A DNA stretch of 64,000 nucleotides from NCBI GenBank assembly GCA_043228905.1, contig JBHGNT010000008.1:4526001-4590000 (forward strand), given 5' to 3'. A model generated the notes under the pieces. The model did no database searches. It was not told the origin of the DNA and worked only from the letters and a program-made list of their open reading frames with translations. Shown piece by piece: positions 42,034 through 56,500 of the stretch. The translations under genes were made by a program, and so were the position numbers. The DNA is from Azolla caroliniana (lineage: Eukaryota > Plantae > Polypodiophyta). Numbering within the stretch: the first letter of the stretch is position 1; the number at the start of each line of letters is the position of its first letter.

Positions 42034-44659
42034 CGCTTGACCAAAGCACGTCGTGGCCATGTTTGAAACTAGACAAAGGGATGGCCAAAATGCCTAAGTA
42101 CGAAGACTCAGATGGAAATGAATCCGCTTTCCCACTCTACAGTGAGTATGGTGGATTGGATGTGCCTATCATGAGAACAGTAGGAGCCAAGAAAGTGTCT
42201 ACAAAGACGAGTGAACAACTTTGTTGATCCACCTGAGAGAAGAATGTAGTCATCCCATTCAGCTACAATGACTACATGGCATATCATTATGCATTCATGA
42301 TGAAGGTGGCGACAGTCTGAGAGTCGGAAACGTTTTCCGAAGCCATGAAGGACCTGCGATGGGTCGAAGCGATGAATGAGGAGTTGCAAGCACTCTCTAA
42401 AATGTCAAGGTGAAGCACAATGCTCATGGCACCGTCAATCAGTATAAGGCCCGGCTTGTGGCAAAGGGCAATGTGCAAATGCACGGGGTCAATTAAGAAG
42501 AGACCTTTGCCCCAGTGGCAAAGATGACAACCATTCGAATTGTGATTATGCTTGTAGTAGCCAAAGGGTGGCACCTCCACCAAATGGACATAAAGAACGC
42601 CTTTCTTCAAGGAGAATTAGAGGAGGTGTACATGCTCAAGCACAATGCTCATGGCACCGTCAATCAGTATAAGGCCCGGCTTGTGGCAAAGGGCAATGTG
42701 CAAATGCACGGGGTCAATTAAGAAGAGACCTTTGCCCCAGTGGCAAAGATGACAACCATTCGAATTGTGATTATGCTTGCAGTAGCCAAAGGGTGGCACC
42801 TCCACCAAATGGACATAAAGAACGCCTTTCTTCAAGGAGAATTAGAGGAGGTGTACATGGTACAACCATCCAGTTTCAAGTCGAGCACACACCCACAAGC
42901 AATATGCCAACTAAAAAAGCCTCGCTACGGCCTCACGCAAGCAGCTAGAGCTTGACATTCGAAGATAACCCAATATCTTCACCAAATCGACTTTAAAATG
43001 TTTGGCAAGTTCGACAATTCTTTGTCCATCTGGAGCAACTCTAGAGGACAAGTATTTATCATAATATATGTGCATGACTTGGTCATTGGAGGAGAGCATT
43101 TAGTAGATATTGATTATATCAAAAAGCTTCTCCCCAGCTGTTTCAAAATGAACGACATGTTGGAGCTCCATTACTTCCTAGGAATAGAAGTCATTCGGAA
43201 TCCTGATGGCATCATGATCTCCCAACGAGACTATATCCTCAATCTACTCTTCCAATTTGGGATGACTGAGTGTAAACTAGTCACTATCCCTCTTCATCAA
43301 AACTTGAAGCTAGATGTCAATTCTGGCACAAAATAGTGTGAGCCAACTCACTAACAACAGCTAGTCGGAAGCCTCATCTATCTCACCATTACTTGTCCCG
43401 ACCTCAGCTACCGAGTCGGCCTCCTTAGCCAATTTATGCATACATCACGAAACATTCACCTAGACTGTGCTAAGCGAGTGTTACGTTATGTAAGTGGGAC
43501 GATGGATTTCGACATCCTTTACAAATTAGCCACACCGACTCAACTCGAAGGGTACACCGATGTCGACAAACAATCAACATCAGGATTCCTCTTCTCCCTC
43601 GGCAGCGGAGCCATATCGTGGAGCACTAAGAAGCAGCTGATAGTCGCACTATTGAGCACAGAAGTCGAATGTAGGGGAACAGAGCAGTAAGAAGTAGTTG
43701 ATAGTCATAGTATTGAGCATAGAAGTCGAATGCAGGGGAGCGGAGTAGTAAGAAGCAGGTGATAGTCGCACTATTGAGCACATAAGTCAAATGCAAGGGA
43801 GTGGTCGCCGCCACATGTGAATCTGTTTGACTGAAACAAATATTGAAGGATCTAGGCATTCCCATCACGAATCCGATTCTCCTCTACTGCGATAACATAA
43901 CCACTATCCACCTGGCCTACAACCCAGTCTTCCATGTTCAGACTAAGCACATTGAGGTGCACTATCATTTCATCCAAGAGCGTGTCCTGATCGGAGATGT
44001 CGACTTGCAACAAATCTATACGAACCTGCAGATGGACGACATCTTCACGAAGGCCCTGGGCGTCGACAAGCTGCGGCAGTTCACGACATACCAAGGTCAC
44101 TCGACGACCGACCAACTGAGCTTGAGGGGGAGTAAGGAGCCGTCAGACACAATGTTGAATGGAGAACAGAGCAGAACGATCAGAAGAGTGAGCCGGCCAT
44201 TCGTAGTTGAAGCCGGAGCCGACTCAAAGACGACCAAAAGACCAATCCGAACCAACTATTTGGCGACCAAAAGTTGTGTTTGAAGGGGTGTGTTGAGAAT
44301 CAAACTCAACTTCCCTAGTGTGGGAACACACCTTAGGAAAAACCAAGTGTATGATCATCCCACTTGCTTGTATCATAATTAAATGTGTCATAGAAGTTAA
44401 GTCCTATGACACATATTTAGTAGGTAGTTATGTCTCCACCTCTTTTCAGAAGTGGTAGTTTTAGTGAGAGAACATAGAGAGAAGGTGATTACATAAGCAC
44501 CCTCTCCCCTCTTTGTAAGGTGTTGGTTCATTCTTGCTTCTTGTTAATACAGTTAAATTCTTGTTTTTTGTATACATTGTGTTCTCTCTCTCTCTCTCTC
44601 ACGCACACACACAGACATATATCTCTTCCGCTACATAGAATTACCCTCGATTCTTTACA

Positions 44660-46060
44660 TCACCTAATACATGTGAAAGTGAGCAGTGATTCTCTATGGT
44701 CAAGAAATTTACCAATAAATGGTGCAATCAAGAGTGCACATTGTGGTTGTGAGAGAAATTCGTGCAATGATTAGGCTTCGTTGAAGATGTATGGAAAGCA
44801 TGGTCAAATATGATCAAATGTAGAGCATTGTATCAAAGTGTGATACTCAGACTCTCGAACTTGTTTAGGTCAAAGTGTGCATAGTTGACCACTATCATCA
44901 CTTGTGCCCCAACGCCCCATCTCACACCTCAATGCATGTGAGCAAAGTCTCATGGAACCAATGGTGCAAATGACAGACAATGGGATGGCTCTAACATGTA
45001 TCAATGTTTATGGTTTCCCCCTTCCGCAAAGAATATGGTTTTGTAGTTAGGTGCAACATGTGTAGTATAATGTGTGAAGCGCGAGCCTCCACATTTGTCC
45101 CATGTCATGATACATCGGTGTTGCAAAAATGCCTCATTTATTGAGGATTCTTAATGATGTATCATGAAGCAAGTGTGTTGCATCCCATATACCAAACCAT
45201 TTTTCCATATCTTACACCCAACAGGAACACAAATTTGTGCTTTTATGTGTCTTTTTTATCTTTTTTCTTGGTTCCCATGCAATTCTAGGAAGTCGACGTG
45301 AGGGTCTTTTTTAAACCTTAAGCATGTATTCAACAACCCTTTCTATGGCCATGATCTCAATGGGAAATGATCTGGTCTCAAGGAGGAGAATAGTGTATGG
45401 TATTTGTTTCTTAACATGTAGAAACTTAGAAAGAAAATGTTTTTAGACATTCAAACTCATTCCAAGTACATTTATGAATGTTACCACCCCATACTTCCAC
45501 CCCCATAGAGAAGCATTGCTGTCACCAAAGTGTCGAAAAGGTATTTCTTGAGGACCCAACACTTAATATCTCCATGATTGCATGTGTTCTCAAATGCATA
45601 ATATGCCCTCTTCCCCATCTCTAAGCGGCATGTAGCACGTTCATTCTATCTATGATTTGAAGGAACTTCAAGGCCAACATATTTGAAGCTTTCCACACAT
45701 TCAAGTGGCTCATTATTGTACATAATGCATGTTTATCTTTCTTTTTTGGCTCTTCACAAGCATATCTTTGTTTTAGAGCTGTTGACACTTAATTTAGTAT
45801 GCATGTAAATTTTTTCCAATGCTTTCATTGTTGGGCTAAAAGTCCCACTCTACCCATTTGTGTCCTAGTGTAAACATGTCCTCACAATTAGGGGTGAGTT
45901 ACCCTAACTGTATATGTGAGAGATTGTGTATTGTAATAAGCGCTCAGTGGTATGTAAGATAGTCTCTTCAACAAACTATGTGTAACTGTCTTCTTGTCTC
46001 TCTCTCAGTGTATACCTTCTCATATAGAGGAACAGAGCTCTGATACCACTATTGACAGTG
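44660..46060 (-). mobile_element. degenerate non-LTR retrotransposon (LINE) 3' fragment
   Basis: Minus-strand translation across stops gives TVNSSKTK..YNNEPLECVESFKYVGLE..LFDTLVTAMLLYGVEVWG, typical of a LINE RT C-terminus. Confidence 0.65.
45780..46034 (+). repeat. short LTR-like insert followed by an inverted PBS
   Basis: TGTTGAC...GGAACA interrupting the LINE frame; followed by GAGCTCTGATACCAC. Confidence 0.5.
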
Positions 46061-46089
46061 TGGGTGTCTTGGTCGAACTAATATATGAT

Positions 46090-49000
46090 GAGTTGTAGGC
46101 TCACAAATGCGGAAGCGTGTATCAATCTTGTTTGTAGAGTTAGCAAGCAAGAAACAATGGAGGTTTGGCCTAAAACGTTTATTTCAACATGGCCAAAGAG
46201 ACATCGGCATTTGCCTTGTGGGAAACATTGCAGGGTATATATGAAAAGAAATCAACCTCATCAATACTTATATTGATCCGGAAATTATTCAATATGAAGA
46301 TGGAGTCGAAGTTGGAAACCTCCCACATCAACACCTTCATCTGGGTGTTGGCCGAACTCTCCTCTCAAGGGCTAAACTTCGAAGAAGAAATTAAAGCCCT
46401 TGCTCTTCTTGTAAGCCTACTGGCAAGCTAGGAAGTCTTTTGCATGACCGTCATGAACAACTCGATGAAGCTAACACTCGACGAAGCATTTAGATAGATC
46501 TTGTTAGAAGACCTTCGAAGAAAGTCGATGGGTGTAACCATCGATGACAATGACGAAGCCCACTTCTTGGCAGAAATGTCTCAGAGAATCGGCTAAAGCC
46601 AAAGCCAATCGAGGAGGAGAAATGATCACCAAAGGTCGAAGTTACCGAACGGGAAGCCGAACGCCTTCCACACACTGTAGAAAGGTCAGACATAACATTG
46701 CCGACTGCTGGTTGATTAACAAGAAGAAGAATGGACGGCGATTCGAGCGGAATTCAGGATCATCCAACTTGAACCATTCTCAAACCGGCAACTAGATCAA
46801 CATTGTTGAATCCTGGTCAAGAGAAGTCTTATCCTTGGAAGACTCGTTGACTGGCAAGATCCTATACAGGGCACATGATGCACAACGTGGTAATTGCTGG
46901 ATTCCGGTGCCACATTTCACGTGACCCCCAACATCGAATGGTTTTTAGACTATTTGGTCGGAGCTAGTGGCACAATCTAACTTGGCAATAGGCAGGAGTG
47001 CACAATTGCAGGGATCGTAGAGGTTCCAATTCAATTGTTGAACAACAATATGATCATCATGCACCATGTCTGGCCTGGCACATACCCGAGCTCAAGAGGA
47101 GTTTGGTATCCATCGACATGTTAATCGAAGCCAAGTACAGGATGATGCTAAATGAGTCGTCATGGCTTATCAGCAACGGAAATCTAAAAATTGGTTGTGG
47201 TGATAAGTACAACAACTTGTACTCACTAAACATGATCATTCTGGAGGGCATAATCAATGTAGTTGAGGTGTCAGATGCTACACTATGGCATGGCCAACTC
47301 GACCATGTCTCAAATCAGAATGCACTGGCTAATGGCAGTCGACTACATACCAAAGCTCCAAGCAAAGAATAACTTCTATGACCGTCCACACTCTCTCCAC
47401 TACAAGACAGTATGGGAGTCCCTAGAACTAGTCCACGCCAATATTTGTGGGAATATTTGCAGGCCAATGCCCGAAAGGTCACTAGGAGGCTCCTGGGATT
47501 TCATTTCCTTCATTGATGATTTCACCCAGAAATTTTGGGCTTACTCAATCAAGTTCAAAGATGAAGCGCTCAAAGTTTCGCTCAATGGCTAGCCGAAGTT
47601 GAAAACAGATCTGGCCACAAGGTCAAAACACTAAAGTCAGACAATGGCAGTGAATAGAACACCAAAGACTTCAAGACATACCTATCTGAAAAGGGGATTC
47701 GGCATCAAAATATCGTTCCCTACACCTCGATGAAGAATGGTGTAGCAGAACCTGACCATCCAAGAGAGGGTGATGGCAATGCTCCAACAAGCCGGACTAA
47801 AGTTGGAGTTTTGGACCGAAGCATTGCAGATGGCTATGTATATGATCAATCTATCATTGCCAAGAGAAATCCGGCACCAAGTGCCATAGGCAATATGGTT
47901 GGGAAAAATAGGTGACCTACGACCGACTTCATATATTCGGATGCAAAGCCTACACATTCATTCCAAGGGAGAAGAGGACCAAGTTGGCGCCGCATTCAAC
48001 AAAATGTATCTTTCTTGGTTATGGGTTATGGAACCAATGGGGAATTCAAATACAGGCTATGGGATTTAGAGAACCAGAAATTGATTCGAAGCAACAATGT
48101 AGTCTTCAATGAAGACTCAATTCTCTTCGGTCCGTCTCAGCCAAAAATCGGAAAAAAGGTCTCCTTCGATCTTTCAAACAAACAATCGGAAGAGAACACG
48201 TCAATTAAAGAATACGAACCAGTTATCAAGAAAAATGCTAAAAGACAATCGGCAAAAGGTCCAATAGTCAACTCCATATTGACTAAAAACTTGGTCAGAG
48301 CCAAATCGGCAAGGATGCCAAACTGCCGACCCAAACCGGCCCAGGCATCCAATCATTGGTCAACTCCCGAGGAAGAGGTGGGTACAACAACAATGCAAGA
48401 AAATTTCCATCCCGGATTATCCCCTCGATCTCCCTACATACAAAAAGGTTCAACAAATGCCAATCGAACACCAAAGTCGATTGAAGAATCCAAACCAACC
48501 ATATTGGCGCCAAGGACAAGTCTGAAGGCCAACAAAGTTTCATCAATCGGCCGTCAACTACATGGATGCAAGTGAACCAAGCTCTTACGAGGAAGCTATA
48601 GCTGCGCCGGATGTCGACAAATGGCCTCAAGCCATGAGGTCCAAAATGAACTCCATCAAAGAGAATAATACATGGGAGCTAGTCGAATTGGCAAGTGGTA
48701 GGAAGCCGTTGCCCTAAAAATGGGTGTTCAGATACAAATATGTATCTAGTTTGGACAGGCCCAAATACAAAGCTCGGCTCACTGGGAATGGATTTAAGCA
48801 AGAATACGACATCGACTACAACAAGATTTTTTCTCTAGTAGTCAAGATGGCAATCCTTCAGCTCCTACTCGGAGTCATGGCGATAGACCTATACCCTGAG
48901 CAACTAAATGTCAGGACGGTTTTTCCACAAAGATTTGGAAGAGGACATATACATGTCCCACCCGGTAGGCTTTACAACGATGGGGAGGAAGGTCACCTTG

Positions 49001-50546
49001 TATGCCGACTAAAGAAGAGCCTTTACAACCTAAAGCAAGCGCCAAGAATGTGGAATCCAAAATTTGATACCTACATCCGGTAGCTTGGCTATAGCCAGTT
49101 GTACTTCGAGCCATGCATGTATATTCGGCGATTTGTCGACGAGTCCCAGATCTACTTAATCCTTTACTTCGACAATAGGCTTATCACCTACAATGATGAA
49201 GTAGAGATAGGAAAGTTGAAATGGAGCCTTCATAAAAAAAATTCAATGAAGGAACTCGGAGAACCCCGACATATACTGGGCATGAGGATAGAGCGAAATT
49301 GGAATGAAAAGATCCTTCGGCTCTCCCAATCCGACTACATCCGAAAGGTGCTAAGGCACTTCAGTATGGAGAACGCGAAGTCTGCACCAACACCGCTTCC
49401 AATGTCTCATCAACTATGAGAGAGAGACTCTCCATCCACAAAATAGGAGAGAAAGCTTATATACTCTACACATCGGCTGTAGGAGAGAAAGTCTTATGTA
49501 GGCGATGGTGGCTACCCAACCAAACCTTGCCTATGCCAACTGATATATGTCCAAATCCGGACAAAAGCATTGGTAAACTGTGAAGAATATATTTTGGTAC
49601 TTGGATGGCACCCAAGATATATTTTGGTACAGCTGAAATTCGAATCAGACAAGCCGACTAAAGTCAAAGGATATACGGATTTCGATTATGCTGGTAACCC
49701 AACAATCGGAGATCTACGTCAGCTTATGTCTTCACCTATAGTGGCGGCGCCATATCATGGAGGTTGAAGTTATAGGACTCCACAACACTCTCAACAATAG
49801 AGGCCGAGTACATAGCAACATCGGAAGTAGCCAAGGAAGCCATTTGGCTACACCGACTGTTCGTTCACCTTTCAGTTAGAAGCCGAATCGACCATCGGGT
49901 GCCGACATTATATTGCGACTCTCAGAGTGCAATTCATCTCATTCGGAATCTAGTGTATCATGAAAGGAAGAAGCATATTTAGGTGAGTTGCCATCACATT
50001 CAGGAGCTCATCACCGACAAAAAGCTCAATGTTTAGAAGGTGGATAGCAAGGTGAACATCTCCGAGAGGATGACAAAGCCACTCCGAGATTAATGCTTTG
50101 GCAAGATTTGACTACAAGAAGTGAGTGAGCGAGCGAAGAGGAGCCAAGCGAAAAGAAGTAGACTGTTCGTTGACCTTTCAGCTAGAAGCCGAATCGACCA
50201 TCCGGTGCCAACACTATATTGCGACTCTCAGAGCGCAATTCACCTCATTCAGAATCTAGTGTACCATGCAAAGACGAAGCACATTGAGGTGAGTTGCCAT
50301 CACATTCAGGAGCTCATCACCAACAAAAAGTTGAACATTTAAAAGATGGATAGCAAGGTGAACATTGCCAAGAGGATGATGAAGCCACTCAGAGATTAAC
50401 GCTTTGGCGGGCTTTGACGACAAGAAGTGAGCGAGCGAGCGAAGAGGAGCCAAACAAAAAGAAGTAGAAGGTAAGTCAAAGATTGGTCCATCCAATGAGC
50501 TAAAATGACTAAGTCGAAGGAGCTAGATAGCTTAAAGGCTACAAAC
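46090..50546 (+). mobile_element. Ty1/copia element I (Tnt1/Tork-like), heavily degenerate, no LTR identified
   Basis: gag (ALWETLQGIYEKKS), PR (LLDSGATFH), INT, RT (LKKSLYNLKQAPR) and RH remnants. Confidence 0.75.
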
Positions 50547-53500
50547 TGTCAGGAATAGTACTAAAACAGAGAGAGAATCAGTACTAGAGAAGGGAAGTAC
50601 TATTAGTACTAAGAGGACTGACTGCATAAGACTCACGAGAGAGGAGAGAAAAGGAGAGAGAGAGAGAGGAAGAAAGAAAGTGAGAGAGAGAGAGAGAGAG
50701 ATGATATATTATGTGAAGAGTAAATACAAAATAGCTATGAAGCTTAAGACTGGTGTTGAACCAATTTGGTTCGAAATAATGGATTGCCTCCTTTTATAGT
50801 GTTCTCGGGAGTAGTCCTAAAGCTTCTAGAATGTTCTAGAGAAATCTGGAATATACATTAATTTTTTATAGTAAAACCTAAATAAAAATAATATTTTATG
50901 TATAACCCATATAACATAAGGTCATGGGTTCGAGTCTTGCCATATCATGACACTATCCCCTTTTAAAATGACGAGTGTTACGAGTCGGCACTGATTGGGG
51001 ACCAGGTTTGTCTGGATACTGTTAGTGGAAATAAGCAAGAAGATCTTGAGCATTGGCGACATGCTCAATGGGTTCCCAAGTATGTTCACTCGGACTTTAG
51101 CCAAGCCAATCAACCAAATAATAATGTTTGTTGCGACTTGGAGTCAAGGACGACAACAACTTCATACTCTACGCCGACGTCCAACTCAAACAGGGGCGGT
51201 GGTGGTGTAACACGATCAAGAATAGTGTTGGCCTGATAAGGTTCGAGAAGAGAACTATGGAAGACCAGATGTATCTGAAGGTGCGGGGGAAGATCAAGGC
51301 AGAACGTGACATCATTAATCTTGCCGGTAATACGGAAAGGACCGAGTCGTCGATAATCCAATTTGTCGCGTGGTCGAGTAGTCTTGATGTGATGACGTAA
51401 GAGCCATACTTGATCTTCGATGGCAAAAGAGGAGGGAAGTCGATGACGATCTGCATAAGTCTTCGGTGTGTGTTGAGCATGACAAAGATGAGTAGGTAGA
51501 TATGTCTGAATCTTGCGTGACTTCTCCAAATGATCCTCGGCACGAGGATTGGTAGGGAGCTCTGGAGTGTCGATCACAGACCAGCGAGGATGAGAACCGG
51601 TATAAGCGTAAAATGGGGAGACCCGAGTGGAGGAGTGAATAGCATTATTATAAGAAAACTCAGCCAAATGGATTATATCAGCCCAATCGTCCTGTTGATA
51701 ACTCAGAAAACACCGAAGATATTGTTCCAGCATTTTGTTTGTTCATTCCGCTTGCCCATCAATTTGGGGATGATAGCTGGAGGAGAGGTTGCAAGCTCGA
51801 CCTTGAGCATCTTGAAAGATGCTTCCAAAATTTGGAGACGAATTGAGGTCCTCGGTCACTGATGATACTGTTTGGAAGGCCATGATGTCGAAAAACCTCA
51901 CGCATGACAAGGGAGGCGGTTTCCTCACTAGTGATGGCCTTAGTACAAGGCACAAAATGTGCCATCTTAGTATATCGGTCAACGAAAGTTAAGATAGCAT
52001 CGAAGGCCTTCGAGACTGGAAGATATGTATTAAAATCAAGACAAATTGATTGCCACGACTTACTTGGAATTGGTAAGGATTCCAACAAGCCATATGGATG
52101 ATGTCGTGGCATCTTTGCTCGGCAACAAGCATCAGAGATCCAAACGTAGTTGTCGACAAAACGTCGCATATGGGGCCACCCAAAAAATCGTCGGACTAGA
52201 TCCAACATCTTAATACTACCGAAATGTCCAACTGTATGGGTGTCGTGACAATTTTGGATGGTTTGAAGGCGACAAGAGCAATCGAGAACATACACGATCT
52301 TTTTAAAGAATAATAAACCATCATGATATTGAAATTGTCAGTAGTCCATTCATGATTGTTGAGACTGGGAACAGGATGCCCGAGAGGCATCAATTTGCGT
52401 TAGAATGGCTTGAGCAAAACTGACTGTCTTCAAATTGGCACGTATGGCATCGATAATCCGGGAATCCAATGGAGTGTGAAAAATCCGCGTTGTGTGCAAA
52501 CGTGTTGGTCCCAAGATTACCTGCTTTTGATTATCAAATGTTGGATCATTAGGACGAGGTGCAAGATATGAGTGTCGTGATAGTGCATCTGCTTTTCCTT
52601 GTTGCTTCCTCGGCCGATATATGATTTTGAAGTCAAAAAGCACGAGGAATTGGGCCCATCGAGCTTGCCGTCGATTTACTACACGAGCGTTCTGGAAATA
52701 AGCAAGATTTTTGTGATCACTAAAGACGATGACCTAATGAGGAGAGCCCTCTAAGAAGTGCCGCCATTGCACAAACGAATCCACGATGGCTTATAACTCC
52801 TTGTCATGTATCTCGTAGTTGATTTCTGCGGCATCAAATTTGCGTGAGTGGAAAGTCAAGGGATTTAACTCTTCTTTATCTCTTTGTTTTGAAAGGATGC
52901 TACCGAGGGCGAAATCTGATGCATCGACCTCCATGATGAATGGTTTGTTTGTATCCACATGAGCTAGAATAGGAGCTGATGTAAACGCTTTCTTAAGATG
53001 CATAAAAGCCATGTCCACTTCATTGGACCAAAGAAATGACTGTCCCTTCTTGGTAAATTGTGTGAGAGGCAAAATAATCTTCGAGAAATCTTGTATAAAC
53101 TTGCGGTAGAAGTTAGCGAAGCCTAGGAAACATTGCACATCTCGTAGCAAACGTGGAGTTTGCCACTCCAGCACGGTTTTGACTTTTGGATCCATGGAGA
53201 TGCCTTTTAAGGAGATCACGTAGCCTAGAAATTCCACTTGCTTGCAGGCAAAGCTACATTTTTCTAGTTTGGCATAAAGACCATGCTCTCAGACTCGTTT
53301 TAGTACTAATAGTACATGAGAATCATGCTCTTCCTGGGTTTTCAAATAAATCAATAGATCATCCAGATAGATGATCAAACAAATATCCAAGAGGTCTCTA
53401 AATATATCATTTTCCATGTGTTGGAAGACTGCGGGCACATTGATTAGACCGAACGGTATAACGGTATACTCAAAGTGCCCATATCAGGTGCGAAAAGCAG
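50547..53500 (-). mobile_element. Ty3/gypsy chromovirus (Tcn1-like) 3' part
   Basis: LTR 50547-50952; PPT AAAAGGGGATAG; chromodomain remnants (YEV..LDSK..YYLVDWLG..TWEP); INT; RH (VDASDFALG, YEIHDKEL); RT. Confidence 0.83.
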
Positions 53501-56500
53501 TGTCATGAAAATCCGTCACTATGTGCGGATCGTGAGACGGAACCGCCGGGGTTCTGGACTAGAAGGATTTAGTGCAACACGTACAACACAAGCAAGTTTT
53601 AAGCATATGACAAGTGGGAGAGACAAATCATTAGTTTATTGCAAAGAAAATCGATTCTTTATAATTTCAGAATCGTGTTACAATGGGTTGGGTATGGAAA
53701 TGAGAGATTAATTTTTCAAAGAAAGGAGCCAACAACCATGCGAGGAGTGGTCCGATATGAATACCAGAGATAATTTTTGACAAGAAAGATCGAGTAAAAC
53801 AAAGCAAGGAGTTTGATATCAATATGTGAGATTATTTGTTTCTCGAATTCGAGAGGGAAGAAGAAGGAAGAAAAAAAAACTAGGAGGGAAGAAAATGGGA
53901 CATATCTCTAGCTCTTTGTTGATCCCCCTCCCCAATGTTACTTTGCATGCCCACTTTTAGTTGCATGGCCTTTATTTTTAGTTTTAGTTGCATGCGACCG
54001 TTCGTATAATTTGGCCAAATGATCCAATCATCCATAAAGTTTAGCCCGTGTGCAATTCGTACGTGCGTCGCAACCAAACCGTAGACGCATCCGCGTGCAA
54101 AAGTCCAGACCGCGTAGTTTACGCAGCCACGCATGCGCACGTCCCGACCGCGCCGTGTACACATCTGCGTGCTCATCCGCACACACACGTCCGTCTGAAA
54201 CGTCCACGCGTACAACGAAACTTGCACACACGCGTACGTCCGAAAACGTCCGTCTGAAACGTCCACGCGTACAACAAAACTTGCACACGCGCGTACGTCC
54301 GAAAACGTCCACGCGCATACGCCCGAAGAGTTAACACGGCCGTTCATACGCCCGAAGAGTTAACACGGTCGTGCATACGCGCGTATGCTCGAAGCCTGCA
54401 TCCGCGTGCTCGTCCGCACACGCGCGTACGTTCAAAAACGTCCACGGGTACAACGAAACTTGCACACGCGCGTACGTCCGAAAACGTCCATGCGCATACG
54501 CCCGAAGAGTTAACACGGCCGTGCATACGCGCGTATGCTCGAAGCCTGCATCTGCGCGCTCGTCCGCACACACGCATACGCCCGAAACTTGCACACGTGC
54601 GTACATCCACACGCATAGGCCCGAAGCGTTAACACGGTCGTGCATACGTGCGTATGCCTAAAGCGTGCACACCACACAGTGTAGCCCAAGTCACCTTGAA
54701 CATTCTGTGCTCCACACATTGATAGAATGAATATGTTTTGGTTTCCCTTATATATCCGGGTTCCAATGTTGTCCTATCTATGTGGGATATCTCACAATTT
54801 TGTCTTTTCTTTCTTCTTCTTCAAACTTTACACTCACATAACTTGATACTTGTTTATCCATTTTATGCGTAGTAAAATACACTATGAAGCTCTTGAAGAC
54901 ATCTATTTATATGAATACATTAAGCTAATCTTAAATAATTATTTTACTAGTTTTCATATCGTGTGTGAAAAACCACACGACATTCACCCCCACCAAACTT
55001 GCACATCCACCGGTATGTGCCAATTGTGGTGAGGTTCCTCTTTTTTAATTACTCTTCTTCAACCTCGATGTTCCAGGATACATCATCTAGAGCTTCGATC
55101 TCAAGATTTGGGGCCTCTCTTCTCTTAAAGATCTTGATCCTCTTCCCTGCTATTGGCAAAGCAAGTCGAGTTCCATCTAACTCCGCTAAAAAATAGGTTG
55201 CATTGCTTTCTATTTTCTTGACCATATACGGGCCAAACCATCGTTCGGTCGGCATATATCCTATAGTCGTGCTATGTGTAGTTCTATCAGCCCACAATGC
55301 ATAAGGTAGTAATCGTGGCCAATTCCCCATCTTGCCATCGCAAGCCTTTGCTAGAGCTTTTACAATCGGACTATGTCCTCGTTCCACCTTCCCATTTGCG
55401 TCCGGGTTGTATGCCATGGTGAGCGATAGTTTGACGCCTATTCTTGAAAAGAACTCTTTAGCTTCATTCGCATCTAATTCTCCCCTATCGGCTACTATTT
55501 TGCCGACACATCCGTATCGACAAATAACATCTTCAAGAAGAAACTTACAAACCGCTGAAGTTGTTTTATTCCTTAGCGCACGTCCTTCTACTTGGTTGGT
55601 GAGATCCTCTTTTGCTAGCACGAGATACTTCATTTGCCCCAATCCCATTGGCATAACCACTATGTCTACCAACCACTTATAGTGCATTGATAATGGATAT
55701 GTCGGGTGAAGTTCATCCCTATGTTGAATATTCGAGTATAATTGGCATTGCTCACATGTTTGAACATAGCTTGCTACATCTTTGTAAACACCCGGCCACC
55801 AATACTTCTCCTTGAGCTTTGCAAATGTTGCCCATATACCTCGATGACCTACCCACACACTATCATGAAATTCAGCAATTAGTGTTTGTTGATCTTGTTT
55901 CTTGCACACCACTCGAAGTGGAGTTCCATTCCTCTTCTGTGGAAACTTCCATAGATGTCCTTCTTTGAGGAAGAACTTGTAGGCCTTCTTCCTAATTCGG
56001 TGGAAGTCTTCCTTTGACCATGATTCATCCTTTGTAAGAGAGCTTAAGTACTTTCCAATTTCGACGAATTCACCCTCATAATCTTCTACTTTAAACACGG
56101 CAAGCACCCGAGCACAAGAAACCGTAAAGAAGTTTAGGCCAACATCTTCTTCGTCAGAATGCAAATCTTCTTCACCCTCATACCTTGCCCTTGATAACAT
56201 ATCGGCCACCACATTATGCTTCTCATTTATATGTCGAATCTCGGGGTGGAGGGACTTGATATAGGCAATCCATCGCAACATAGCAATATCCGGTGTAGCA
56301 CAATCGGATATCATTCCAAGAATAGGAAGACAATCAGTCTCAATTATGACCTATGTTCCGATAAGGTAGTCACGATCGGTTTTAACCACGGATACTATTC
56401 CCCATAGCTCTCTCTTTACTTGGGCATACTTCCTTTGTCTTTCGGTTAACACCTTCGCACCGAATCAGATTGCATACCGATTCTTTTCTTTGTCTTCTTG

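Larger units (their letters stand above)
40549..44659 (+). mobile_element. Ty1/copia element H, 3' half (host of element A), degenerate
   Basis: INT remnants from 40549; RT/RH 42300-44130; PPT 44281-44290; 3' LTR 44291-44659 (TGTTGAGA...TTTACA). Confidence 0.82.

Noticed and set aside
44660-45779. Host gene or intergenic island
   Set aside because: The minus strand translates to degenerate LINE RT C-terminal motifs.
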